A stretch of DNA of 64,000 nt. It comes from Leptospirales bacterium. GTDB taxonomy: Bacteria > Spirochaetota > Leptospiria > Leptospirales > Leptospiraceae. Where the stretch lies: NCBI GenBank assembly GCA_013297885.1, contig JAAFIR010000005.1:46507-110506 (forward strand). The letters are read 5' to 3'. Under the pieces are notes generated by a model, which worked only from the letters and a program-made list of their open reading frames with translations, ran no database searches and was not told the DNA's origin. Of this stretch, positions 10,247-20,692 are shown piece after piece. A program made the position numbers and the translations under genes. Each line of letters begins with the position of its first letter. Positions within the stretch are counted from its first letter, which is position 1.

Positions 10247-12334
10247 TTGTTAAGAAAAAAAGAAACTAGTAAGTTGGAAACTGTTTTAGGAAATATTGGC
10301 AGAATCATTTTGTTATTTGTTGCAAAACTTTCTTGTTATGGTTTTTCAGTTGCATTATTTTCTGCAGGTTTTGCAGGTTTAGTAAGTACAATTTTTGCAT
10401 TGTATTATTTTGATGCTGTAAATATTCTTATCTCTTCAACTCTTTTTTTAATATTAAAAATTTCTATTGCAATGTGGTGGTTGATTCTTGCAACTCAATA
10501 TGGTTTTCTTTTTAAACTTGGAATAAAAGGTTGGGGTGGACCTGTTGTTTTAGTAAATAAATTTATTAAAACAGAAAAAGAATTTTATATTCCTGATACT
10601 TTAACTTCTTCTGAATTAGAGAATTTACTTGAAGCCTTGGTAAAATATCCCATTTACATTACAAAAAATACTACTTTATGGGTATTTGCTTTAATTTTAA
10701 TTATGGTTATAACTGGGTCCTTCACTGAAGGATTTTCAAAATCATTTTATTTTTCAATTTTAAATATTGGCTCAATTGTATTATTTAACTTTTATTGCTT
10801 AACCTCTATTACAAGTGAAGTAATCACTGGCAGTATGAGAGAAAAATGCAAACAATTGTTAGATTCTAGACATATTCCATACCAAGAAAAAGCAAATTCT
10901 ACTGTTCGAACTAAATTTATTTTCTTTTTACTACTACTTGCAGTTTCACTTTATTTAGCTATTGTTATTACTTTTTACAATCATGATGAAATGAATAAAG
11001 TTATAAGTTTTTCTATTTTAGTTTTAGTCTTATCCAATTTATTTGCTTATATGATTTTTAAAATTATTTATAACTCACTTGCTCAAATTGAAAATGCAGC
11101 TTATCAATTAGTTGATGGAGAATCAGCACAAATATACCCAAAATCTTTAGATAAAGAATTTATCAATGTTGCAATTGGAATGAATGAAGCTTCCAAAACT
11201 ATTTTAGATTACAAACATACAATGGAAGAAAAAGTTAGACAAAGAACAAAAGAATTAAACGAAGCTTATTCACAAATTGCACAAAAAAATGAACTTATTG
11301 AACAAGAATTAGAATTTGCAAAAAATATTCAACAAGGAATTATTCCTCATAACATTGAACCATGGAATGGAATTTCATTTGCAACTCATTACGAACCTAT
11401 GGGTTCTGTGTCAGGAGATTATTATGATGTTTTTTATTTTTCTAAACATATTTATGTTTTAATGGCAGATGTTTCTGGTCATGGTGTTCCAGCAGCATTA
11501 GTAACAATGACAGCTAAACAAGCTTTTTCTCAAGTGATTAAAGAAGAGTCTAGTCCTTCTGAAATTTTTAAAGAAGCAAATAAAATAATTACAGAAAGAG
11601 TTAAAACCTCTGATTATCTTTCTGCTTTTTTATTAAAGATAGATGAAAAAAATAGACTAACTTATGCAAATGCAGCTCATCCAAATTTAGTTCATTATGT
11701 ACTTAGTTTAAACGAATACAAATTGTTGGATACAGAAGGAATGTTTATTGGTGCAATTGAAGAAGCATCAGAGCATTACCAACAAAAAGATACACGACTT
11801 CAAAGTGGAGATCGTCTTTATCTTTACACGGATGGTGTGATTGAACACAAAAATCCAGAAGGTGAAGAATTTGGTATGCATCGGTTTATAGAAGTTCTTT
11901 CTTTAACCAAAACTAAATCTATTGCTGAACAAATTTCAACAGTGCGAGAAAGTTTAAAATCGTTTATGAAAACAGCTCCAATCAAAGATGATATATCCAT
12001 GTTTGTGTTAGAGCTAGATCCTTCTTGGGCAAAATTTGCTGAGAGTTATAATCAAGGTTTAAAATCTTTACGTGAAAAAAACTTAATAATAGCTTTAGAA
12101 AAATTTAAAGAAGGAATTAGTTTAATTCCTAGCTTTATTGGTATTCAATACCAAATTGCTGTTGTTCAGTTTTATTTGCAAAATTATGAAGAAGCAAAAA
12201 ATTTTATTAACCAATACATGAGAGCAAAGCCAAATGATCTTCGCGGTATCAGACTTGCGATAAATATTTTTGGGAAACTTGGACTAGAAAAAGAAGTAAA
12301 CTTTTTAACTAAAAAACTTCCTGATAAAAATTAG
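10247..12334 (+). CDS. membrane-anchored SpoIIE/PP2C-family serine phosphatase (RsbU-like) with C-terminal TPR
   Basis: TTG start with AAGAGGA RBS. Multiple N-terminal TM helices. Canonical PP2C motifs SGDYYDV and ADVSGHGVPAAL. Confidence 0.7.
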   Translation: MLRKKETSKLETVLGNIGRIILLFVAKLSCYGFSVALFSAGFAGLVSTIFALYYFDAVNILISSTLFLILKISIAMWWLILATQYGFLFKLGIKGWGGPVVLVNKFIKTEKEFYIPDTLTSSELENLLEALVKYPIYITKNTTLWVFALILIMVITGSFTEGFSKSFYFSILNIGSIVLFNFYCLTSITSEVITGSMREKCKQLLDSRHIPYQEKANSTVRTKFIFFLLLLAVSLYLAIVITFYNHDEMNKVISFSILVLVLSNLFAYMIFKIIYNSLAQIENAAYQLVDGESAQIYPKSLDKEFINVAIGMNEASKTILDYKHTMEEKVRQRTKELNEAYSQIAQKNELIEQELEFAKNIQQGIIPHNIEPWNGISFATHYEPMGSVSGDYYDVFYFSKHIYVLMADVSGHGVPAALVTMTAKQAFSQVIKEESSPSEIFKEANKIITERVKTSDYLSAFLLKIDEKNRLTYANAAHPNLVHYVLSLNEYKLLDTEGMFIGAIEEASEHYQQKDTRLQSGDRLYLYTDGVIEHKNPEGEEFGMHRFIEVLSLTKTKSIAEQISTVRESLKSFMKTAPIKDDISMFVLELDPSWAKFAESYNQGLKSLREKNLIIALEKFKEGISLIPSFIGIQYQIAVVQFYLQNYEEAKNFINQYMRAKPNDLRGIRLAINIFGKLGLEKEVNFLTKKLPDKN

Positions 12335-12347
12335 GGCGAGTTTTTTT

Positions 12348-12382
12348 AAAGTAAGAACTTAATCAATTAAGTTTTTACTTTA
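12348..12382. terminator. long palindrome flanked by T-run and A-run (possible bidirectional terminator)
   Basis: aaagtaagaacttaat / attaagtttttacttt stem, preceded by T7 and followed by A8. Confidence 0.3.
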
Positions 12383-12579
12383 AAAAAAACGGGCTCTAAC
12401 TTCAACACTGTTTTTGTTCGATCCCTCTCGCAATAACCAGTTGTATTGAAAAAAATTAAACGATTAAAAAAGCAAAAATTAAAATATCCATTATCACCTT
12501 ATAGCAATTTTCATAAATTGATGTATTTCCTTTAACAATAAAGTTAATTGGGACATACTTTTTATCGAGTCGAACTTTA

Positions 12580-13155
12580 TCATAAATCCATAAAATTGTA
12601 TATATAGTTTAAATAAATCTGATCTAGTTCTGATAGAACTTCATAATAAAGTTTCATTTTATCTGAAAAGTTAACTTCCAATTGTTCAAATTGATAATTT
12701 CTAAAAATACATTCAAAATTTATTATTTCAATTGAATGATTTTCTAGTTTTAATAAAGCTTTTTGGATAAGTTCTGAATTTAGGAATTGTTTTTGGAATA
12801 TTTCTGAATTAGATTTACAAGTGTATTTTTGTTTTACTGACTCATTTAGAATAGTAAAGTTTTTTTGAAAAATTCCTTCATTACTTTCTAAAATATTCTT
12901 TTCTTCTAATAATAAATAAAAGTTTTTAAAATTATTTAGTGGAAAAACAGTCTTCGATAAATAATTATTTTGAAGTGTTTTAATGGCTTCAATAGAAACT
13001 GAACGCCCACCAATAATACCTCTCATTATGGGTTTTTCGTCTTCTTCTTGGATTAAAGAAAATAAAAAATTATTTTTTCTAGCAAATCTTCTCCAATTTT
13101 CCCATGATTCTTCTTTTTGATGATAAAAAATTTTTGTTATATCTAAGAGTTTCAT
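12580..13155 (-). CDS. hypothetical protein (191 aa)
   Basis: ORF only; no recognised motifs. Confidence 0.3.
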   Translation of the reverse strand: MKLLDITKIFYHQKEESWENWRRFARKNNFLFSLIQEEDEKPIMRGIIGGRSVSIEAIKTLQNNYLSKTVFPLNNFKNFYLLLEEKNILESNEGIFQKNFTILNESVKQKYTCKSNSEIFQKQFLNSELIQKALLKLENHSIEIINFECIFRNYQFEQLEVNFSDKMKLYYEVLSELDQIYLNYIYNFMDL

Positions 13156-13296
13156 TTTTCTATTATTTAAGTAATTGAAAAATAATCAATAATTTTTTTA
13201 CTAAATAATTTATTGACAAATTAAAAATTATCAATTAAAAATTTTCAAATCACTTGACTCTAGTCTAAAGTCCAAAACAATGACTTTACAGCATTT

Positions 13297-13370
<74 letters not shown>

Positions 13371-13379
13371 AAATAATAT

Positions 13380-13530
13380 TATAAACAATCTTAATTGGGA
13401 CTCGAAGAAAGCTTTCTGTTCTGTAAGGACATGAGACACCTCATGTCCGTCAGATGCGAGACAGGAAGTCGAGCAAAGAAAGCGTGTGGGTCGCCAAAAC
13501 GAGACAGGAAGTCGAGTGCATCGTGACCGA
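13380..13530. repeat. 151-bp GC-rich insert bounded by a 25-nt direct duplication of the tRNA-Asp 3' end (13355-13379 = 13531-13555)
   Basis: Exact repeat agtcccgtcagctccgaaataatat. Insert contains an 8-bp perfect hairpin (ggacatga-gacacc-tcatgtcc) and a tandem motif gagacaggaagtcgag x2. Confidence 0.7.
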
Positions 13531-13554
13531 AGTCCCGTCAGCTCCGAAATAATA

Positions 13555-14250
13555 TCATTCTAATCGCTTTTTCAAATCAGAATAAATTTTACGAGATACT
13601 GGTAAAATTTTCCCATTTTTTAATTCTAATGAATATTTTCCAATATTGTTCGAATTTAAAAATTTTGCTTCTTTCAAATTTACTATATAAGATTTATGAA
13701 TTCTATAAAAATGATTCGGTAAAATTTTTGAAAGTGCATCTAGAGTTTTTTTATGTGTTTCTGTTTTTAAATCTTTTTTATATATCAAAGTTTCTTTATT
13801 TTTTCCCTGAATAAAACAAATTTCTTTAATTTGAATAATTTCTAATTTATCATTTTTTTTAATACTTAAAAATTTTGTGAGTTTTGAATTTGTTCTAAAA
13901 TTACTTATTTTTTGGATAGCCTTTTTTAATCTATCCTTTGAAATTGGTTTTGTAACAAAATCAAGAACTCCAAATTCAAAAGCTTGAATAGCTTTTTCAG
14001 TAGAACCAGAAACAATAATTGTATAAAAAGATTGAGCAGAAATATTTTTTAATAAATCAAATCCATATTTCCCATTTAAATTTAAATCTAAAAAGACTAA
14101 ATCAACTAGATCTTCTTCTAAAAAGCATTCTGCACCCAAAAGAGTTTTTTCAATTTTTAAAGAAATGATTTCTTTTCCAAGAAGTTCACGGACTAATTTT
14201 TCTAATCCGCGAGCTGCAATTGCTTCATCTTCAACAATTAAAATTCTCAT
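13555..14250 (-). CDS. two-component response regulator, LytTR family
   Basis: N-terminal receiver domain (MRILIVEDE, phospho-acceptor Asp in FLDLNL). C-terminal LytTR DNA-binding domain (FYRIHKSYIVNL). Confidence 0.85.
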   Translation of the reverse strand: MRILIVEDEAIAARGLEKLVRELLGKEIISLKIEKTLLGAECFLEEDLVDLVFLDLNLNGKYGFDLLKNISAQSFYTIIVSGSTEKAIQAFEFGVLDFVTKPISKDRLKKAIQKISNFRTNSKLTKFLSIKKNDKLEIIQIKEICFIQGKNKETLIYKKDLKTETHKKTLDALSKILPNHFYRIHKSYIVNLKEAKFLNSNNIGKYSLELKNGKILPVSRKIYSDLKKRLE

Positions 14251-14252
14251 TC

Positions 14253-15167
14253 TTACTCTTCTAATTTAGATTGAATATTTGAGAAGTTTAAAAAAAATCC
14301 AATCATTGCTTGGTATGAATTTAAGGTTCTAGTTGAAAACTGGTCAGCTTTTAAATATTCATTATAATATCCAACTTCAGTTTTTAAACCTGTGTATCTT
14401 CCAAAATAAATATTTAATCCTGCAGCTCCACCAATTGTTCCACCGATACCATTGCTTACTTGATTCGAAAATGCAAATCGATTGGAATCAATTCCAGCAT
14501 GTGCTTCTCCACTAAATGTTACAACTCCAGCTCGAAAAGCTAAGTATGGATCAAAAAACGTTTTTGGCAGAGGATGATAGGTTGCTAAGAATTGCATTGA
14601 GTTTCCTTTGTAAAGCGTTCTCTTTCTCGGTGCTGGATCTACAAATTCTCTAAAACCAGCTGGTATTCCAGGTATGACATCCTGTCTAACAACTTCAATC
14701 GAATTTTGCATTATTGTAAAACCAAGACCAATTTTGTCCTTCCAACCATACTCAAAATCAAACTGACGTGCAATTCCAGGATTATAACTTGGCTGAAAAT
14801 AAACACCTTGAGTGCCAGCTGGATAAACTCCTTGATTTACAGCACCAGATATAACTTTTTGCTGCACCCTTTCATCGTAAACTTTTTCATGAGAGATATA
14901 ACTTCCTGTTGGAGCAAGTGTTGTTCCACCCATAAAGCTAACTAAAAATGCACCTTCATAAAATCCAGGAGGATTTTTCAATTTTGCATAATATTTTTGA
15001 ATTAATTTTTGCTCATCTTCTTTTTTTTGAGCTTCTTCATTTTTTCTTTTTTCTTCTTCGATTCTAGTTGATTCATCTTTTACTACTTGTTTTACTTTCC
15101 CAGCTTGAGAAAATATTCCAGTTATTTGTAAAAAAATTAATACTAATAAAATTAATTTTAGATTCAT
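14253..15167 (-). CDS. secreted/outer-membrane protein (304 aa), first gene of operon with LytTR regulator
   Basis: Signal peptide, a charged coiled-coil segment, then a Gly/aromatic-rich beta-like region. Stop lies 2 bp before the regulator start. Confidence 0.45.
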   Translation of the reverse strand: MNLKLILLVLIFLQITGIFSQAGKVKQVVKDESTRIEEEKRKNEEAQKKEDEQKLIQKYYAKLKNPPGFYEGAFLVSFMGGTTLAPTGSYISHEKVYDERVQQKVISGAVNQGVYPAGTQGVYFQPSYNPGIARQFDFEYGWKDKIGLGFTIMQNSIEVVRQDVIPGIPAGFREFVDPAPRKRTLYKGNSMQFLATYHPLPKTFFDPYLAFRAGVVTFSGEAHAGIDSNRFAFSNQVSNGIGGTIGGAAGLNIYFGRYTGLKTEVGYYNEYLKADQFSTRTLNSYQAMIGFFLNFSNIQSKLEE

Positions 15168-15230
15168 TTTTGATTCCTTTCTTTTAATGAATATATAAAT
15201 ATCACAAAAAAAAATCCTTACAACTCTTCT

Positions 15231-15270
15231 GGTGTGAAATGCATTTTTTAAGGTGTGAAATGTTTTTTTT
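15231..15270. promoter_or_regulatory. phased direct repeat ggtgtgaaatg(N8)tttttt x2, 21-bp periodicity; candidate LytTR-type regulator binding site
   Basis: 15231-15241 and 15252-15262 are identical. Lies 64-95 bp upstream of the minus-strand operon start (15167) and just upstream of the rsmI promoter. Confidence 0.4.
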
Positions 15271-15297
15271 ATTAAGTCATTCTAAAAAACTGTTAGC

Positions 15298-15326
15298 TTG
15301 ACATAGTTCTCTTTTAACAATTAATG
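15298..15326 (+). promoter_or_regulatory. sigma70-like promoter for rsmI (TTGACA-17 bp-TTAATG)
   Basis: -35 TTGACA at 15298-15303, 17-bp spacer, -10 TTAATG at 15321-15326, ATG at 15340. Confidence 0.45.
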
Positions 15327-15339
15327 AAAACTGTTTATC

Positions 15340-16059
15340 ATGATAGGAACTTTATATATAGTTGCAACACCGATTGGCAATTTGGAAGATATGAGTTATA
15401 GAGCTGTTAGAACTTTAAAAGAAGTTGATTTAATTTTATGTGAAAATAAAAAAAATTCTTCGAGACTTTTAGCACACTATGAAATTAAAACTTCAGCACA
15501 AACATTATTTCATGCAGAAGATGAAAAACTAAATTGGATTTATGAAACAATTTTAGAGGGAAAAAATTTAGCTTATATTTCTGATGCAGGTACACCTGGC
15601 TTATCAGATCCAGGAGCAAATCTAATAAGAATTTGCAGAAAGAAAGAAATTTCTATAATTCCAATTCCAGGAGCATCAGCATTTGCAACTCTAATTTCAG
15701 TTTCAGGATTTCAGGCGAATCCAAGTTTTTTCCTAGGGTTTTTGTCTGAGAAAAAAAATAGAAAAAGAAACGAACTAATAGAATACAAAGATTCTGAAGC
15801 TTTAATTGTAATTTATGAATCAGTTTATAAGTTAAAAGATACATTAGAAATTATTTCAGAAGTTTTTCCAGAATCAGAAGTTTTAATTGGCAGAGAGTTG
15901 ACTAAATTACATGAAGAAGTTATTTTTTGTAAATCCTCTGAATTAAAAAATTTAAAACTTACTGAAAAAGGAGAATTTGTTGTATTAATAAACAACCATT
16001 TAAAAAAAATTGCTAAAGCAAATAAGAATTTATCCGAATATAATAATGTAGTGAGGTAG
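15340..16059 (+). CDS. rsmI: 16S rRNA (cytidine1402-2'-O)-methyltransferase RsmI
   Basis: N-terminal GTLYIVATPIGNLEDMSYRAVRTLKEVDLILCE tetrapyrrole-methylase signature typical of RsmI. Confidence 0.85.
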   Translation: MIGTLYIVATPIGNLEDMSYRAVRTLKEVDLILCENKKNSSRLLAHYEIKTSAQTLFHAEDEKLNWIYETILEGKNLAYISDAGTPGLSDPGANLIRICRKKEISIIPIPGASAFATLISVSGFQANPSFFLGFLSEKKNRKRNELIEYKDSEALIVIYESVYKLKDTLEIISEVFPESEVLIGRELTKLHEEVIFCKSSELKNLKLTEKGEFVVLINNHLKKIAKANKNLSEYNNVVR

Positions 16060-16066
16060 GAAAAAA

Positions 16067-16363
16067 ATGTTAATAGATAAAATCAAAGGTATCGGTTCCG
16101 TTTTAAATTCAAATAAATCTGCTCCTATCAAATCTTCGAATTCAGTTCATTCTAATGATAATATTGAAATTTCAAAAGATGCAATTTTAAAAGCAGAATT
16201 ATCAAATTTAAAAACTTTAGCTCTCAGCTCTGAAAGTATCAATTTTTCAAAACTTGAAGAAATTAAATCAAAACTGCAAAATGGTTTTTATGATAATTTA
16301 AGTGAAGATGTTTTGAAAAAAACTGCAGACAAAATGGTTAATCCTTTTAAAGAAATCGAATAA
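16067..16363 (+). CDS. flgM: anti-sigma-28 factor FlgM-like
   Basis: 98 aa, Ser/Asn-rich N-terminus. C-terminal EEIKSKLQNGFYDNLSEDVLKKTADKMV matches the FlgM C-terminal domain pattern. Confidence 0.55.
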   Translation: MLIDKIKGIGSVLNSNKSAPIKSSNSVHSNDNIEISKDAILKAELSNLKTLALSSESINFSKLEEIKSKLQNGFYDNLSEDVLKKTADKMVNPFKEIE

Positions 16364-16367
16364 TTAA

Positions 16368-17534
16368 ATGCCAGTACTTCAAGATTGGGTAAGCTTTCAG
16401 TTTCCTTCTAAGCTCCATATCGAGATAGATGCAACTTCCAAAATGGCTAGTTATATAAAGTCAATTGGAAGTAGATTTTTATTAATTACAACTCAAAAAG
16501 AACTTCAAAGTCCAACTGAACTTTTTCAAATTAAATCCTCTATTGAAAGAAATTCAGAAGGAATTATCATATACGATGATATTGTAGACACACCAACTTT
16601 TGCTGACCTCGATACAGTTGCTCATTTTGCACGTCAATCACAAGTTAACTGTATAATTGGATATGGTGGATTTGAAGCAGTTAATATTTCAAAAATAGTT
16701 TCTGTTTTAGCTACTAATGATTTATTTTCTGAAGAATTAATTTTTAGATCTAAAGTTTTAAAAAAGAAACCACTTCCTCTTGTAATTATTCCTACAATGC
16801 CATTAATGGGAACAGAATGTTCACCATTTTGTACTGTTTTTGACGAAAGGGATTACGAAAGAAAATATTTTGCTTGTCCAGAATTTTTTCCTGAACTCGT
16901 AATAGCTGATCCAAAAATTTCAAACCATATGACTTCATCTGATATTGCTAAAACTGCTACTTCAACTTTAGCCGCTTCAATTGATACAATTCTTTCAAAA
17001 TTTTCAAATGAACTCACTAATTCATCTTCACTAAGAGCTATTGAATTAATTGCTAAAAACTTAATTCCATCCATTAGAGATCCAAAAAATTTAACAAGTA
17101 AAAATGCTTTATTTTCTGCAAGTTTGTTAACTGGTATTAGCCAATCGGTTAGTTCAGTTGGATTGTGTTTTGGTATGTCTCTTGCTGTTGTTAGTTTAAC
17201 TAAACTAGATATCTTTCAAGCAATGTCTATTTTATTACCTCATATTATGGAATACAATCTAACTACTTCAGCAAATAAATATGTAATGATTGCAAGAGCT
17301 TTAGATGAAGATACTTCTGATATTTCTGTTATTGAAGCCGCAATTAAAGCTGTTGAAGGAATTAGAAAAATTTATATTGAGCTAAAAATTCCACAAAGAT
17401 TATCTGAATATGAAGTTAAAAAAAATGAATTACCCAAAATCGCTTCCCTTGCACATTCAATGAGCTTTTTAGAATCATTACCCAGAGAATTACCAAAAAA
17501 CGAAATTGAAACAATTTTAGTTGCAGCTTATTAA
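16368..17534 (+). CDS. Fe-ADH / dehydroquinate-synthase-like superfamily protein, motif-degenerate
   Basis: Rossmann-like GYGGFEAVNISK at the position of the Fe-ADH GGGSxxDxAK motif (degenerate). Few conserved His residues remain. Confidence 0.35.
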   Translation: MPVLQDWVSFQFPSKLHIEIDATSKMASYIKSIGSRFLLITTQKELQSPTELFQIKSSIERNSEGIIIYDDIVDTPTFADLDTVAHFARQSQVNCIIGYGGFEAVNISKIVSVLATNDLFSEELIFRSKVLKKKPLPLVIIPTMPLMGTECSPFCTVFDERDYERKYFACPEFFPELVIADPKISNHMTSSDIAKTATSTLAASIDTILSKFSNELTNSSSLRAIELIAKNLIPSIRDPKNLTSKNALFSASLLTGISQSVSSVGLCFGMSLAVVSLTKLDIFQAMSILLPHIMEYNLTTSANKYVMIARALDEDTSDISVIEAAIKAVEGIRKIYIELKIPQRLSEYEVKKNELPKIASLAHSMSFLESLPRELPKNEIETILVAAY

Positions 17535-17614
17535 AAATCACTAGCTTTACTTTTTCAACTTCTTAATTTGGTAAAAGAAAGTAAAATTTACTTTTTTAAT
17601 TTATCTAGTTACTA

Positions 17615-17950
17615 ATGGGGTCTTTTATGTTAGAAGAAAAAAAAATTGATACAATTGTTGGAGATGATATCATTTTTAAAGGAACTTTGAGGTTTAATAG
17701 TTCTTTAAAAATGAAAGGTCAAATGAAGGGTATCATTGAATCCAGTGGTGAACTAATAATTGATGAAACAGGAATTATTGAAGCCGATGTAGATATTCAA
17801 TCCATAACTATTAATGGTGAATTAAGAGGTAATATTGATGCAAAACTAAAAGTGGAAATTGGTGAAAAAGGAAAATTAGTTGGTGATGTAAAAACCCCAA
17901 CTTTAGAGATTAAATCTGGAGCAAAATTTTCTGGTAATTCAATTATGTAG
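17615..17950 (+). CDS. bactofilin family cytoskeletal protein
   Basis: 111 aa with repetitive beta-helix pattern (GDDIIFKGTLRFNSSLKMKGQMKGIIESSGELIIDETGIIEADVDIQ...). Confidence 0.7.
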   Translation: MGSFMLEEKKIDTIVGDDIIFKGTLRFNSSLKMKGQMKGIIESSGELIIDETGIIEADVDIQSITINGELRGNIDAKLKVEIGEKGKLVGDVKTPTLEIKSGAKFSGNSIM

Positions 17951-17984
17951 TTTGATTTGAAGTTTATTCGTAAAGAGACAAAAT

Positions 17985-19751
17985 ATGGAACATGGTATAA
18001 ATTTCAAAGACTTAAAAATTGAAAAATCTTTTACAAAAATCCAAACTCAAATTCTATCAGAAAATAAAATAGAAAATATTGATGACTATTTAAAAAAAGA
18101 TTTTGATAAAATCCCATCCCCTTTTTTATTACCTGACTTTATTGATTCAATACTTCTAATTTACAAAAATCTGACAAATAATTCTAAAATTTTACTATAT
18201 GGTGATAGAGACACAGATGGAGTAACTTCTACATCAATTTTAGCTTTGTATTTAAGAAAAAGAACAAATCATTTAGTTGTAAAAAATTCAAGTCATGGTG
18301 ATGATTATGGTCTTTGTCAAAAAGTTGTTGATTTTATACTCCAAGAAAAACCAAATTTATTAATAACATTAGATTTTGGTACTTCAAATTTTGAAGAGAT
18401 AAATTTAATCTCAGAAAAAGGAATTTCTGTAATTGTTGTAGACCATCATGAAATACCAAAAAAAATTCCAAATTGTAAATTGGTTAATCCTAAAAGAGAA
18501 GATTCTATTTACCCCGAAGAAAAAATCTGTACTGCTGTCATTGCTTCCAAAATAGTTTTAGCATTGTTAATTTTAGAAAAATTAGAAAAAGAAAAAACAG
18601 AACTTTTTTTTAATTATCAAGAAAAATTAAATTCATTAGATTTAAGAATTTTTTTTTTAGAAAATCCAGAAATTTTAAATGAGTATAAGTTGTTCTTAAG
18701 TTTGGCAGCTGTTGGAACAATAACTGATATGATGCCTTTAAAAGGTGAAAATCGAATTTTAGTGAGTGAAGGACTATTTTCAATTTTAAAAGTTTTAAAA
18801 ACCGAAGACGAAAATTTTATTGGAGTTAAAACTTTTTTTGAAAATTTAAATTTAAATCCGAATAAGATTTCATCAAAAGATCTTGGTTGGACAATTGGAC
18901 CTATGTTAAATGCAGCTGGGAGAATGGGTCAAACAGAACTTGCAACAAAACTTCTATTATCAAAAACTAAAGAAGAGGCAAAAGAAAATTCTACAAAATT
19001 AAAATCACTCAACGAAGAAAGAAAAGAAAGAACTAAGAGAAATCTTTATAAAGTTGAAGAATATTTTAAAAGAAAAAAAGAAAGAGCAGAAAAAAAAGTT
19101 ATTTTTTGTTATGAACCCGATCTTGAACCAGGAGTATCTGGAATTGTTGCTACAAAACTAGTTGAGCAATACAAAAAACCAAGTATATTTATAACACCGG
19201 AACATGGAATTGCAAAAGGAAGTATTCGATCTTATAAAACAGAAAATGTTTTAGAATTTTTAGAAATGTTTTCTGATCTTTTATTACATTATGGTGGACA
19301 TAAAGAAGCAGGTGGATTTACCCTTGAACCAAAAAATATATCCGAGCTTGAAATTCAAATCGAAGCTAAAGCAGACATTTGGCTTGGTAAAGAAAGCAAA
19401 ATTGAAAATCTGAAAAAAAGTTTAATTTCTTTTAATGCTACTGAATTTAACGAAAAAGTTTTTGAAGAAATTCAGATATTTCAACCATTCGGAATGGAAA
19501 ATGAAGAACCATTATTTTCAATACAAAATGCAAAAATTATAAATTTGAAACCAATGAGTGAAAATAAGCATGCAAAATTTCAAGTATTAGGGGTTAGTCC
19601 TAAAATTCATTTTGTGGTTTGGAATAAAGCAAAGGAACTTATTGAACTTATAAATAAAAACTCCGAAGTTCAATTATTTGGATATTTAGAAGAAAATTAT
19701 TTTAAATCAAGCACCAGTATTCAATTTATAGTTAAAGAATTTAAAAAATGA
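17985..19751 (+). CDS. recJ: single-stranded-DNA-specific exonuclease RecJ (DHH/DHHA1)
   Basis: DHH motifs (LYGDRDTDGVTS, VIVVDHHE) and DHHA1 GGH (LHYGGHKEAGGF). 588 aa. Confidence 0.8.
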   Translation: MEHGINFKDLKIEKSFTKIQTQILSENKIENIDDYLKKDFDKIPSPFLLPDFIDSILLIYKNLTNNSKILLYGDRDTDGVTSTSILALYLRKRTNHLVVKNSSHGDDYGLCQKVVDFILQEKPNLLITLDFGTSNFEEINLISEKGISVIVVDHHEIPKKIPNCKLVNPKREDSIYPEEKICTAVIASKIVLALLILEKLEKEKTELFFNYQEKLNSLDLRIFFLENPEILNEYKLFLSLAAVGTITDMMPLKGENRILVSEGLFSILKVLKTEDENFIGVKTFFENLNLNPNKISSKDLGWTIGPMLNAAGRMGQTELATKLLLSKTKEEAKENSTKLKSLNEERKERTKRNLYKVEEYFKRKKERAEKKVIFCYEPDLEPGVSGIVATKLVEQYKKPSIFITPEHGIAKGSIRSYKTENVLEFLEMFSDLLLHYGGHKEAGGFTLEPKNISELEIQIEAKADIWLGKESKIENLKKSLISFNATEFNEKVFEEIQIFQPFGMENEEPLFSIQNAKIINLKPMSENKHAKFQVLGVSPKIHFVVWNKAKELIELINKNSEVQLFGYLEENYFKSSTSIQFIVKEFKK

Positions 19752-20692
19752 ACATCTTTGATTTTTTTTTTGAACAAAAAAAGAAAAAAATTTTCCCCGA
19801 TGAAATTGCATTTATTTATTCAGAAAGTTATAATATTGATTTAGTGAACCATGTTTTTCCAGGAAATAAATTTAGAAAAGTTTTTGAGTTGTTAAGTTTG
19901 GATGATGACTTTATTAAAGTAAAATTCTATGATCCTGAAAAAATAAGTAAAGAAGATTTATATTTAGCACATGAGAAAAAATATATAGATGATTTGTTTA
20001 ATTTAGAACATACTGAAAAAACTAAAAATTCTGAACTTCCATTAACTGATAAAATTTTAAACTCTTTTTTATTTGGTGCAGGTGGTGCAAAATTAGCAAT
20101 AACATTAATTGATGAATATAAGTTTGTTTTTAATGTAGGAGGAGGATTTCATCATTCATTTCCTGAACACGCAGAAGGATTTTGTTATTTAAATGATGTT
20201 GCTATTGCGTCTGAAATTTATTTAAAAAAAAATCCAGAAGCAAGAATTTTAATTATTGATTTAGATGTTCATCAAGGTAATGGTAACGCTTTTTATTTTA
20301 AAAATCATAAAAATGTTTATACTTTCTCGATGCATGAGGAAGACCTTTATCCAAAAAAAGAAAAGTCTAGTTTGGATATAGGTTTAAAATCATTTACTAA
20401 AACAGACGAGTATTTAAAAATTTTAGAAAACTCATTAAAAAGAATTAAAAACGAATTTAAACCAAATCTTATTTTTTACTTAGCAGGTGCTGATGTATTT
20501 GAAAATGATGCACTCGGTTCCATAAAACTTGATATGATTGGAATAAAAAAAAGAGATCAAATGATTAAAAAATTTGCTTTAGAACAAAACTCAAAAACAA
20601 TAATTTTAACAGCAGGTGGTTATTCAAAAAATTTTATAGAAACAGTTCAAATCCATATTCAAACCGCAAAAGTTTTCCTTGGTGAATTATGA
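19748..20692 (+). CDS. histone deacetylase / acetoin-utilisation (AcuC) family Zn-dependent deacetylase
   Basis: GGGFHHS, GFCYLNDVAIA, IIDLDVHQGNG and AGGY catalytic motifs all present. Start overlaps the recJ stop (ATGA). Confidence 0.85.
   Translation: MNIFDFFFEQKKKKIFPDEIAFIYSESYNIDLVNHVFPGNKFRKVFELLSLDDDFIKVKFYDPEKISKEDLYLAHEKKYIDDLFNLEHTEKTKNSELPLTDKILNSFLFGAGGAKLAITLIDEYKFVFNVGGGFHHSFPEHAEGFCYLNDVAIASEIYLKKNPEARILIIDLDVHQGNGNAFYFKNHKNVYTFSMHEEDLYPKKEKSSLDIGLKSFTKTDEYLKILENSLKRIKNEFKPNLIFYLAGADVFENDALGSIKLDMIGIKKRDQMIKKFALEQNSKTIILTAGGYSKNFIETVQIHIQTAKVFLGEL

Noticed and set aside
12337-12420. Palindrome after the 10247-12334 gene as a canonical rho-independent terminator.
   Set aside because: The stem is flanked by a T-run on the left and an A-run on the right, so the U-tract would be consumed by the stem. 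It is kept only as a low-confidence bidirectional structure.
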